A stretch of DNA of 35,208 bases from Acidimicrobiia bacterium (GTDB lineage Bacteria; Actinomycetota; Acidimicrobiia; IMCC26256; JAENVU01), in assembly GCA_025357995.1 (NCBI GenBank), contig JANYLF010000068.1, forward strand, positions 1-35,208, in the 5' to 3' direction. Under the pieces are notes generated by a model. The model did no database searches. It was given only the letters and a program-made list of their open reading frames with translations, and had not been told where the DNA came from. The translations under genes were made by a program, and so were the position numbers. Positions 1 to 8,466 of this stretch are shown here, piece after piece. The stretch's first letter is position 1; every line of letters begins with the position of its first letter.

Positions 1-324
1 TTCGCCAAACCCGAGCCGACGAAAGCACCGACCGTGTCGCTCGACCAGACGTGCTTCCGGCAGGTGGAGTTCGCGGGCGTTTTGCGCGGCGCGGCCCACC
101 CCGAGGCCGCCCGCCGGCTCATCGATTTCATGCTGAGCCAACAGTTCCAACGAGACATGCCCCTCACCATGTTTGTGGACCCTGCAGTTCCGAATACTCC
201 GCTTCCGCCGGAGTTCACCAAGTTCGCGGTGGTGCCCGCGAAGCCGTTCACGTTGTCGCCGGCGCGCATCGGGAGTGAGCGCGCCACGTGGATCGATCAG
301 TGGACCGCACACGTCCTGCGATGA
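1..324 (+). CDS. ABC transporter substrate-binding protein, C-terminal fragment (5' end off-window); thiamine (TbpA/ThiB)- or Fe3+-type family
   Basis: Frame 1 is open from base 1 to TGA at 322-324. The tail ...FRQVEFAGVLRGAAHPEAARRLIDFM...ATWIDQWTAHVLR resembles the C-terminus of thiamine/iron-type binding proteins (from memory). The stop overlaps the next start (ATGA at 321-324). Confidence 0.6.
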   Translation, partial: FAKPEPTKAPTVSLDQTCFRQVEFAGVLRGAAHPEAARRLIDFMLSQQFQRDMPLTMFVDPAVPNTPLPPEFTKFAVVPAKPFTLSPARIGSERATWIDQWTAHVLR

Positions 325-1916
325 CGGTGCAACCTCCGTACCGACCACGACTCGGACGGGTGCTCCTCACGCTCGTGCCACTCGCGTTCCTGTGCGTGTT
401 CTTCGTATGGCCGGTCGGCGCGATTCTCGGGCGCGGCCTCACGTCCCACGGCTCACTGGACCTCAGTCCTCTCGGGGACATCCTGGGCGACACCGGCTTA
501 CGCCACGTCGCCGTCTTCACTGTGTGGCAGGCCGCACTCTCCACCGTCGCGACGTTGTGTATTGCATTGCCGGCGACCGCGGTGCTGAGCCGGTACCAAT
601 TCCGCGGGCGGGGACTGATCGTGGCGTTTCTGACGGTGCCATTCGTCCTGCCGACCGTCGTCGTCGCGACAGCCTTCCGGTCGCTCGGGATCGACGGAAC
701 GCTCCTTGCCATCGTGCTCGCGCACACCTTCTTCAATGCGGCGATCATCGTGCGAGTCGTGGGCGTGTCGTGGCGCGCGCTCGATCGCCGCGAAGAGGAG
801 GCGGCGCGGTTGCTCGGCGCGGGACCGCTCCGCACGTTCACGTCGGTCACCCTGCCCGCGCTCCGTCCGGCCATCGTGGCCGCGAGTTCGGTGGTCTTCC
901 TCTTCTGCTTCACCTCGTTCGGCGTCATTCTCATTCTCGGTGGACCGCGTTTTGCCACGCTCGAAACCGAGATCTACCGGCAAACCGCGCAGTTGCTGGA
1001 CCTGCGCACTGCCGCGGCGCTCTCGATCGTCCAGCTCGTCGCGGTGGTCGCCGCGCTGTCGGTCGCAGGGGTGATGGGTGGACGCCTCGGCCGAGTGACC
1101 CGTCGACCACCCGCACCGTCAGCCGTGCCAAATCTGCCCGCGCGGATCCTGGCGGGAGCGGCACTCGCGCCCGTTGTCCTGCTCGTCGCCATCCCATTGC
1201 TCGAACTCGTCGGACGATCGTTGGCACACGGCGCGTACGGATACGCGCACCTCACGGAAACACCGCTCGGCGCCCCGAGCTCCTCATTGCACGCCCTCGG
1301 GACGTCGCTCCAGATCGCGTGCGTGGCTACCGTGATCGCGGTCGGGCTCGGCGTGTGCCTGGCGAGCGCGGTGACCCGGCGCGGACGGCCGAGCCGCGTG
1401 GCCCGCGCCACCGAACTCGTGGTGGTGCTTCCGCTCGGCGTCTCGGCGGTCACCGTCGGCTTCGGCTTTCTCATCGTGTTCGACACGCCGCCGCTCGACC
1501 TGCGGACCTCGTGGTGGATCATCCCGATCGCCCACGCGCTCGTCGCGCTTCCATTCGTGGTGCGCGCCACGGTTCCCGCGCTGCGCGCGATTGACCCTCG
1601 TCAACGCGAGGCCGCCGCGCTCCTCGGCGCCCGGCCGATCCAGGTCTGGCGCGAGATCGACATGCGCGTCCTCGCCCGCGCCGCCGCAGTCGCCGCCGGG
1701 TTCGCGTTCGCGATCTCGCTCGGCGAGTTCGGCGCCACCCTCTTCATCGTGCGCCCCGAAACCACCACCGTGCCCGTCGCGATCTTCCGTTTCCTGAGCC
1801 GACCGGGCGCCACGAACGTGGACCAAGCGATGGCCCTCGCCACGATCCTCATGGTCGTGACCGCGCTCGTGGCGCTGATCGGTGAGCGCACCCATCGGAT
1901 GGGGGTACGCGCCTGA
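321..1916 (+). CDS. ABC transporter permease, fused double membrane domain (ThiP/FbpB-like)
   Basis: About 530 aa and hydrophobic. Two EAA-type loops: EEAARLLGAGPLRTFTSVTLPALRP and REAAALLGARPIQVWREIDMRVL. ATG at 321 chosen over the track start at 288 because it overlaps the upstream stop. Confidence 0.85.
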   Translation: MTVQPPYRPRLGRVLLTLVPLAFLCVFFVWPVGAILGRGLTSHGSLDLSPLGDILGDTGLRHVAVFTVWQAALSTVATLCIALPATAVLSRYQFRGRGLIVAFLTVPFVLPTVVVATAFRSLGIDGTLLAIVLAHTFFNAAIIVRVVGVSWRALDRREEEAARLLGAGPLRTFTSVTLPALRPAIVAASSVVFLFCFTSFGVILILGGPRFATLETEIYRQTAQLLDLRTAAALSIVQLVAVVAALSVAGVMGGRLGRVTRRPPAPSAVPNLPARILAGAALAPVVLLVAIPLLELVGRSLAHGAYGYAHLTETPLGAPSSSLHALGTSLQIACVATVIAVGLGVCLASAVTRRGRPSRVARATELVVVLPLGVSAVTVGFGFLIVFDTPPLDLRTSWWIIPIAHALVALPFVVRATVPALRAIDPRQREAAALLGARPIQVWREIDMRVLARAAAVAAGFAFAISLGEFGATLFIVRPETTTVPVAIFRFLSRPGATNVDQAMALATILMVVTALVALIGERTHRMGVRA

Positions 1917-2947
1917 TGCTGGCCGTCGAGGGTCTCTCGGTTCGGTACGGCGCGACCACGGCGGTCGACGCCGTCGACCTCACGGTGCCCGACGGCAGCA
2001 TCGTGGCGGTCCTCGGCCCGAGCGGGAGCGGGAAGACGAGCCTCCTGCGCGCGATCGCCGGACTCGAACCGGTCGCGGGCGGGTCCGTGCACTGGGACGG
2101 CGCGGACATCACCGGCCTGGCGCCGCACCGTCGCGACTTCGGGTTGATGTTCCAAGACCACGCGCTGTTCTCGCATCACACCGTGCTCGGGAACGTCGCG
2201 TTCGGCCTGCGCATGCACCACCACCCGCGCGTCGACACCGCGCGACGCGTCGCGGAAGTGCTCGAGCTGGTGGGACTCTCGGGGTACGAACCCCGATCCG
2301 TCGACCAGCTGTCCGGAGGTGAACAGCAGCGCGTCGCACTCGCGCGCGCCCTCGCACCGTCACCGCGACTCTTGATGCTCGACGAGCCGCTTGCGTCCGT
2401 CGACCGCGAACGGCGAGAGCAGCTCGCGATCGAGCTGCATCGCATCATCCGCGCGAGCCGCAAGCCCACACTGCTCGTCACTCACGACCTCGACGAGGCA
2501 TTCACCCTCGCCGACACCGTCGTGATTCTCGACCACGGCCGCGTCGCCCAGGCGGGCGCGGCGCGCGACGTCTGGCGCGCGCCCAGCACTGCGACGGTTG
2601 CGCGATTTCTCGGCGTTGCCACGGAGTTCGACCTCCCCATCGAGGACGGCGCGGTGCACACGCCGTGGGGATCGGTGGCCGCATCGACCTCGCCGCGCGC
2701 GTGGGTCGGCTTTCGCCCGGCCGACCTGGACGTCCGATCGAATGGTCCGGTCGAAGGCACCGTCCGGGCAGTCTGGTTCCGGCGGGACCACTTTCTGCTC
2801 GAGGTCGACACCGCCCACGGATCGCTGACCGCCGTGAACTCACAGTCCGAGCCGATCGGCGCGGTCGTGCACATCGCCGCCGACCTCGAGGCCGCCGTGA
2901 TCGTCGGTATCGATGAGGCACCAGACGGCCTGATGCCCGACGCGTAG
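1916..2947 (+). CDS. ABC transporter ATP-binding protein with C-terminal regulatory/TOBE-like extension (FbpC/PotA-like)
   Basis: Walker A GPSGSGKTS, signature LSGGEQQRVALARAL, Walker B LLMLDEP, H-loop THD. TGATG overlap with the permease stop at 1914-1918. Confidence 0.9.
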   Translation: MLAVEGLSVRYGATTAVDAVDLTVPDGSIVAVLGPSGSGKTSLLRAIAGLEPVAGGSVHWDGADITGLAPHRRDFGLMFQDHALFSHHTVLGNVAFGLRMHHHPRVDTARRVAEVLELVGLSGYEPRSVDQLSGGEQQRVALARALAPSPRLLMLDEPLASVDRERREQLAIELHRIIRASRKPTLLVTHDLDEAFTLADTVVILDHGRVAQAGAARDVWRAPSTATVARFLGVATEFDLPIEDGAVHTPWGSVAASTSPRAWVGFRPADLDVRSNGPVEGTVRAVWFRRDHFLLEVDTAHGSLTAVNSQSEPIGAVVHIAADLEAAVIVGIDEAPDGLMPDA

Positions 2948-4647
2948 TGTCGCTCGGCATGCCCGCGCCTCGCTTCGACCATTTGCACACGTACGACGAG
3001 CTGACCGCGGCGCTCGACACGCTCGCGACTGCCCACCCGGAGCTCATGACCCTCGAACCCGTAGGGATGTCGCACGAGGGCCGCACGATCTGGCTTGCCA
3101 CGGTCACGAATCCCGCCACCGGATCGCACGACGAGAAGCCCGCGGTCTTCGTGGAAGCCAACATCCACGCGACCGAGATCACCGCGTCGACTGCGGCACT
3201 CCACCTGTTGCACCACCTCACGACCGCGTACGGCACCGATCCGGCCGTGACGCGCGCGCTGGATACGCGCACGTTCTATGTGATTCCACGCGTGAACCCG
3301 GACGGCGTGGAGCTCGCGCTCGCCGACGATCCGATCCACCTCCGATCGTCTACCCGCATCTATCCCCGCCCCGATCAACAGCCCGGGCTCGTCGAGCGCG
3401 ACGCCGACGGCGACGGCCGGGTGCTCTGGATGCGGATCAAGGATCCCGACGGCGCGTGGATCGTGCACCCCGACGAGCCGCGGCTGATGATCCCGTGCCC
3501 GTTCGACGACGTGGGCGACGGTCCGTACTACCGGTTGGTACCCGAAGGCGTGGTCCACGAGTTCGACGCCGATCGAGTCCCGATCGCCCGTCGGCACCAG
3601 GGCCTCGACCTCAATCGCAACTTCCCCCAGGAGTGGCTTCCAGAGGGCAGCCAACGCGGCGCGGGCGAGTACCCGACCTCGGAGCCCGAGGTCCGCGCGG
3701 TCGTGGAGGCCGTGAGCGCGCGACCCAACATCGGCGTCTACTTCGCGCACCACACCTTCGCGGGTGTGATCCTGCGTCCCTACGGTGGCCACGCCGACGA
3801 TCACTTCCCCACCACGGACCTCGTCATGTACAAGACCATGGGGCGGCGCGCCACCGAGATCACCGGCTACGAGACCGCATCGGTCTTCCACGAATTCAAG
3901 TACGACCCGAAGTCTTCGATCACCGGCTGCGGTGACGAGTGGGCGTACGACTATCTCGGCATCTTCGGGTGGACCACCGAGTTCTGGAGCCCGCTGCGCG
4001 CCGCGGGCATCGAGCACAAGTACATCGAGTGGTACGACGACCACCCGGTGGCCGATGACCTCGCTCTCCTTGCATGGAACGACGACGTGCTCGACGGCGA
4101 GGGCTTCGTGGACTGGTACGAGTTCGATCATCCCCAGCTCGGACCGGTCGAGCTCGGTGGTTGGGACACGTTCCGCACGTGGACCAATCCGCCCGCCGCG
4201 CTCATGGAGGCCGAGATCGCGCCGCACAGCACATGGGCCGTCGCGCAGGCACTCGCGCTGCCTGAGCTCGCAATGCACGACCTGCGGTGTACTCGCCTCG
4301 GAGACGACGCGTACCTCATTCGCGCGGTGGTGAAGAACGTGGGCTGGCTCCCGACCAACGTGACCAAGAAAGCGCTCGAACGCAAAGCCGTCCGGCCCGT
4401 CGAAGTCACGATCGAATGCGGAGACGGCGTCGAGCTCGTCGGCGGGCGCGCCACGATCGAGCTCACCCAGCTACCCGGACGTGCGCGGGCGCGCACGATG
4501 ATGGCAGTGCACGACGGCGTGGTGGATCCGAGCACAGAGCGAGCGTTCGCCGAGTGGGTCGTCCGCGGGCCGAACGGTGCCACAGTGAGTGTCGTGGCCC
4601 GCCACAGCCGAGCCGGCGTCGCGCGCGCCAAGGTCGAACTCGCATGA
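2947..4647 (+). CDS. M14 family zinc carboxypeptidase, no signal peptide (predicted cytosolic)
   Basis: HxxE zinc motif (NIHATEI), RVNPDG, GLDLNRNFP, and AHHTF as candidate third zinc ligand. GTG at 2947 overlaps the TAG of the ATPase; alternative ATG at 2959. Confidence 0.8.
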   Translation: MSLGMPAPRFDHLHTYDELTAALDTLATAHPELMTLEPVGMSHEGRTIWLATVTNPATGSHDEKPAVFVEANIHATEITASTAALHLLHHLTTAYGTDPAVTRALDTRTFYVIPRVNPDGVELALADDPIHLRSSTRIYPRPDQQPGLVERDADGDGRVLWMRIKDPDGAWIVHPDEPRLMIPCPFDDVGDGPYYRLVPEGVVHEFDADRVPIARRHQGLDLNRNFPQEWLPEGSQRGAGEYPTSEPEVRAVVEAVSARPNIGVYFAHHTFAGVILRPYGGHADDHFPTTDLVMYKTMGRRATEITGYETASVFHEFKYDPKSSITGCGDEWAYDYLGIFGWTTEFWSPLRAAGIEHKYIEWYDDHPVADDLALLAWNDDVLDGEGFVDWYEFDHPQLGPVELGGWDTFRTWTNPPAALMEAEIAPHSTWAVAQALALPELAMHDLRCTRLGDDAYLIRAVVKNVGWLPTNVTKKALERKAVRPVEVTIECGDGVELVGGRATIELTQLPGRARARTMMAVHDGVVDPSTERAFAEWVVRGPNGATVSVVARHSRAGVARAKVELA

Positions 4648-5522
4648 CCGCGCCGGTACGCGTGGGGCTCGCAGGCGCCGGTCCATGGGCACGCATGGTG
4701 CACGCGCCGCTGCTCGCCGCGGGGCCCGAAACCGAGCTGGTCGGTGTGTGGTCGCGCACTCCAGAGCACGCGGCGGCACTGGCCGCCGAACACAACGTTG
4801 TTGCGTTCGCGTCGTTCGACGCGTTGCTCGAGGCGGTTGATGCGGTGGCGCTCGCCGTCGTCCCCGCAGCCCAGCCCGACCTCGCGGTGCGGGCGGCCAA
4901 TGCCGGAAAGGCGTTGCTGCTCGAGAAGCCGCTGAGTGTCGACGTGGACGGCGCGCGCCGCATCGCGGACGCCGTTGCGGTCAACCGGGTCGGTTCCCTC
5001 ATGCTGCTCACGTATCGCTTCGCCGACGTCGTGCGCGACTTTCTCGCTGAGGCCGCGGCCATGCAGCCGACCGGCGGCCGCGCGTGCTTCATCTCCGGCG
5101 CGTTCCTCGGCGGCGCGTTCGCGGGCGGGTGGCGCCTCGAACTCGGCGCACTGCTCGATGTCGGTCCGCACATTCTCGATCTCGTAGAGGCCGCGCTCGG
5201 GCCGGTCGTCGAGATCCAGGGCCACGGCGATCCGCGCGCGTGGGTCGGCCTGCTCCTCACTCACGAGAACGGCGCCTGCAGCGAGGTCACGCTGTCGTGT
5301 GCGAGCGCAATCGAACCGAGTCGCACCGAGGTCGAGGTGTACGGACGCGAGAAGTCCTTGTTCGTCGATGCACGCTCCGGCGCCCGCGCGGAGTCGTTCG
5401 CGCGAGTGCGCGCCGAGTTCGCACAGATCGCGCGCACCGGCGGGCCGCACCCGTGCGACGCCGCGCGTGGCCTCGTACTCCAGGAACTGATCGCGCGCGC
5501 CGAACGCGCCCTCGAGGCCTGA
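4644..5522 (+). CDS. Gfo/Idh/MocA family oxidoreductase
   Basis: N-terminal Rossmann VGLAGAGPWARMVHAPLL and the EKP motif (LLLEKPLS). ATGA overlap with the M14 stop at 4644-4647. The 411-aa track ORF is an N-terminal over-extension. Confidence 0.75.
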   Translation: MTAPVRVGLAGAGPWARMVHAPLLAAGPETELVGVWSRTPEHAAALAAEHNVVAFASFDALLEAVDAVALAVVPAAQPDLAVRAANAGKALLLEKPLSVDVDGARRIADAVAVNRVGSLMLLTYRFADVVRDFLAEAAAMQPTGGRACFISGAFLGGAFAGGWRLELGALLDVGPHILDLVEAALGPVVEIQGHGDPRAWVGLLLTHENGACSEVTLSCASAIEPSRTEVEVYGREKSLFVDARSGARAESFARVRAEFAQIARTGGPHPCDAARGLVLQELIARAERALEA

Positions 5523-5534
5523 GGTATCGGGCCG

Positions 5535-5942
5535 ATGGGCGCGGTCGTCATCGCGGCGCTCGTGATCCTCACGACGATCGGACTCCTGCTCGGTGGGCGA
5601 CACCTCTATCTGCGCCTCGACCGTCCCGGAGGGTTCGAGTGTTCGCTCCGAGTCGTGAGCGGCAACGTTCCCGGACTGGGGGCGAAGTTCTGCGCAGGCT
5701 ACGCCGGTCCCGAGGTGGCGCGTCTGTACTGGCGACGGATCGCGCGTCCCGGCGCGAAGGTGCGGTTCGCTCTCGAGACCGTGCGCATCGATCAAGGCCG
5801 TCGACCCCGGATGGGAGAGCGCCTCGCGATCCCGGCCACGTTTACGATCATCCCTGTCGAAATCGGCGACGACACGCAGCTCGAACTCGCGCTACCGAGT
5901 CGCCACCTCAAACGTCTCATCGCCCTCCTCGCGAACTCCTAA
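5535..5942 (+). CDS. DUF2550-like small membrane-anchored protein
   Basis: 135 aa. N-terminal TM helix (VVIAALVILTTIGLLLGG) followed by a soluble domain. Layout and C-terminal ELALPSRHLKRLIALL resemble actinobacterial DUF2550 proteins (from memory). Confidence 0.5.
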   Translation: MGAVVIAALVILTTIGLLLGGRHLYLRLDRPGGFECSLRVVSGNVPGLGAKFCAGYAGPEVARLYWRRIARPGAKVRFALETVRIDQGRRPRMGERLAIPATFTIIPVEIGDDTQLELALPSRHLKRLIALLANS

Positions 5943-5968
5943 GCCGCGCGCCGGTAGTGTGCGCGGGC

Positions 5969-7669
5969 ATGCCGAGCGAGCCGTTTGACGTCGTCGTGAT
6001 TGGGGGCGGGCACAACGGGCTCGTCGCCGCGGGACTGCTCGCAAAACGCGGCGCGCGCGTCACCGTGCTGGAACGACGCGACCAAGTGGGCGGCGCGGCC
6101 ATCACGGAACAGCCGTGGGGCCCCGACTTCAAGATGACGGCGTTGTCGTACGTGGTCAGCCTGATGCCACCGACGATCCTGCGCGAACTCCAACTCGAGC
6201 GCCACGGCTATCGCATCCTCCCTCAGGGTCCGTACTTCGCGCCGCGCCCCGACGGCCCGGCCCTGCGCCTGCCCGACGAGCCTGCGGCACGTCACGCGGC
6301 GATCTCGCAATTCTCGACGCACGACGCCGACGCCTACGAACGCTGGGAAGCCTGGCTCGGCGGTCTCGCGGACGTACTCGCGCCGCTGCTGACCGAGACG
6401 CCGCCCCGGCTCGGCTCGCATCGACCGACCGACCTGCTTGCACAAGGTCGGTTCGCGTGGATGGCGCGTGAGTGGGATCAACGCGCCGTCGCCGACATCA
6501 CGCGCCTCTTCACGATGAGCATCGCGGATCTCGTCGAGGAAGAATTCGAATCCGACGCGATGCGGGGCGTGCTCTCGGTCAGCGGTGTGATCGGTACCTG
6601 GGCCGGTCCGCGTTCGGCGGGCACGGCCTACGTAATGGCCCACCACAAGGTGGGTGACGTGGGCGACGGCCAGCTCGGCGCGTGGGGATTCCCGGAAGGT
6701 GGCATGGGTTCGGTCACCCGCGCGCTTCGGGACGCGGCGATGTCGTTCGGTGCGGATGTTCGCACGAACACGTCGGTGGCGCGGATCCTCGTACGCGACG
6801 GCGCGACGTACGGCGTCGTGACCGAGAAGGGCGACGAGATACTCGCCGACTGTGTGATCGCGGCCACGCATCCCCAGATCACGTTCCTCCATCAGCTCGA
6901 CGCGGCCGACCTCCCCTCCGACTTCGTCGATGACATCCGGCGCTGGAAGACGCGCAGTGGAACCGTCAAGGTGAACCTCGCGCTCGATCGTCTTCCCGAG
7001 TTCAGCTCGGCGCCCGGTTTCGATCCCGACGTGCACGGCGGCACCATCGTGCTCGCGCCGAGCCTCGACCACGTGGAGAACGCATTTCAGGATGCGGTCG
7101 CGGGTCGACCAGCGGCCGCGCCGTTCGCCGACATCTGCATCCCGTCGGTGTTCGACCGCACGCTCGCACCCGAAGGCAAGCACGTGATGTCGATGTTCAC
7201 GCAGTGGGTGCCGTGCGCGTGGTCCGACGCCAAAATGGGCACGATCGGCGCGTCTACTGCGGATCGCGTGGGGGTGGTGCCGATCGCCGCCGATCCACAT
7301 CGCGAAGAGCTCGACGCCTACGCGGATCGCGTCATCGCGCAGGTCGAGGCGGTCGCGCCCGGGTTCACCAGCTCGATCCTGCACCGCCAGGTGATCGGCC
7401 CGTACGACATGGAAAACACCTACGGCTTGATCGGCGGCAACATCTTCCACGGCGAACTCTCACCCGCGCAGCTCTTCCACATGCGCCCCGCGCCCGGCTA
7501 CGCCGACTACCGCACACCCATCCGAGGGTTGTACCAAGCGTCGAGCGCAACCCACGGCGGCGGCGGTGTGACGGGAATCCCGGGCCTCAAGGTCGTCGAG
7601 CAAATCACCCACGACCGCGCCACGCTTCGGGATCGACTGCGTCACACCGCGATCCGCAAACGCGGGTGA
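5969..7669 (+). CDS. NAD(P)/FAD-dependent oxidoreductase, phytoene desaturase (CrtI) family
   Basis: Dinucleotide fold DVVVIGGGHNGLVAAGLLAKRGARVTVLERRDQVGG, about 566 aa. ATG at 5969 is in frame within the 861-aa track ORF, whose upstream part overlaps other genes. Confidence 0.8.
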   Translation: MPSEPFDVVVIGGGHNGLVAAGLLAKRGARVTVLERRDQVGGAAITEQPWGPDFKMTALSYVVSLMPPTILRELQLERHGYRILPQGPYFAPRPDGPALRLPDEPAARHAAISQFSTHDADAYERWEAWLGGLADVLAPLLTETPPRLGSHRPTDLLAQGRFAWMAREWDQRAVADITRLFTMSIADLVEEEFESDAMRGVLSVSGVIGTWAGPRSAGTAYVMAHHKVGDVGDGQLGAWGFPEGGMGSVTRALRDAAMSFGADVRTNTSVARILVRDGATYGVVTEKGDEILADCVIAATHPQITFLHQLDAADLPSDFVDDIRRWKTRSGTVKVNLALDRLPEFSSAPGFDPDVHGGTIVLAPSLDHVENAFQDAVAGRPAAAPFADICIPSVFDRTLAPEGKHVMSMFTQWVPCAWSDAKMGTIGASTADRVGVVPIAADPHREELDAYADRVIAQVEAVAPGFTSSILHRQVIGPYDMENTYGLIGGNIFHGELSPAQLFHMRPAPGYADYRTPIRGLYQASSATHGGGGVTGIPGLKVVEQITHDRATLRDRLRHTAIRKRG

Positions 7670-7689
7670 TCGGTTTGGCCGGCGATGCG

Positions 7690-8412
7690 CTAACGGGGCG
7701 TCAACACGCAGAACTCGTTCCCATCGGGATCGGCCATCACGACCCAACTGACCGCGCCCTGGCCGATGTCGATTCGCGTCGCGCCGAGGGAAAGGAGGCG
7801 GTCGACCTCCGCTTGCTGGTCAACGTCGACGGGCGGAGCGATATCAAGATGGAGTCGGTTCTTCGCGAGCTTCGGAGCAACCGGCGGGCCACCCCAGGTG
7901 ATCAACGGACCGGTGCCGTCTGGCGGGCGGATTGCGGTCTCTCCGTCCTGATCCCAGACCAACGGCCAGTCGAGCGCGGCGCTCCAGAAGTACCCGACCG
8001 CACGCGTACCGTCGTACGTGATCGAGCCGAGGCGTTCGCAGCCGGCGAGGAAGTTGTTGTCCGGCTCGATGACGCATAACTCGTTGCCTTCCGGGTCGGC
8101 GAGCACGACGTGACCCTCATCCGGGCTCTGACCGATATCGATGTGGCGAGCGCCGAGCTCGACCAACCTCACGACCGTCTCCTTCTGGTCGTCGACGGAC
8201 GTGGTCGTGAGATCGAGATGCAGTCGGTTCGGGCCCGTCTTCGGCTCGGGGACCGGCTCGAACAGAATGTCGAACCTGGTGGCGTCCGTCGGCACGAGCC
8301 CGAACTCACCCTCGGTCTCGTCGATTTCCCACCCGAGCGCGTCACTCCAAAAGCGCGCGAGCCGGATGGGATCGTTCGCGTCGATACAGAGCGAGACAAG
8401 TCGAGAGGTCAT
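7690..8412 (-). CDS. VOC (glyoxalase/bleomycin-resistance fold) protein with two tandem glyoxalase-like domains
   Basis: Two homologous halves, each ending ...NRLHLD...LGA..IDIGQ....VV.ADP.GNE.CV. SD-like GGAGGAAGG (reverse complement of 8420-8428) lies 7 nt upstream of the start. Confidence 0.75.
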   Translation of the reverse strand: MTSRLVSLCIDANDPIRLARFWSDALGWEIDETEGEFGLVPTDATRFDILFEPVPEPKTGPNRLHLDLTTTSVDDQKETVVRLVELGARHIDIGQSPDEGHVVLADPEGNELCVIEPDNNFLAGCERLGSITYDGTRAVGYFWSAALDWPLVWDQDGETAIRPPDGTGPLITWGGPPVAPKLAKNRLHLDIAPPVDVDQQAEVDRLLSLGATRIDIGQGAVSWVVMADPDGNEFCVLTPR

Positions 8413-8466
8413 CGCTCGTCCTTCCTCCAGTTCGCCGAATTGGTCATGACCGCGTCCCTCACGCCA

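Noticed and set aside
1-324. TPP riboswitch controlling the thiamine-like ABC transporter
   Set aside because: The 5' end of the binding-protein gene and its leader lie outside the window, so this cannot be assessed. Nothing riboswitch-like is inside the window.
2482-4278. 598-aa ORF on the minus strand, antisense to the M14 carboxypeptidase
   Set aside because: Typical high-GC shadow ORF. The product is Arg/Gly/His/Val-rich with no recognisable motifs, whereas the plus-strand frame has clear M14 motifs and operon-style codon overlaps.
4128-5795. 555-aa minus-strand ORF spanning the M14 3' end, the Gfo/Idh/MocA gene and the DUF2550-like gene
   Set aside because: It is antisense to three plus-strand genes that have recognisable folds. 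Its composition (Arg/Ala/Glu/Asp runs) fits a non-coding shadow frame.
5084-5968. Long N-terminal extensions of track ORFs, such as 5084-5968 (861-aa ORF). The same applies to 11736-12734, 11457-11768, 25383-25997, 27155-27319, 28246-28422, 15313-15735 and 16848-16982
   Set aside because: The extensions are Arg/Pro-rich, overlap neighbouring genes with clear homology, and precede in-frame starts that coincide with upstream stop codons or with the beginning of the recognisable domain.
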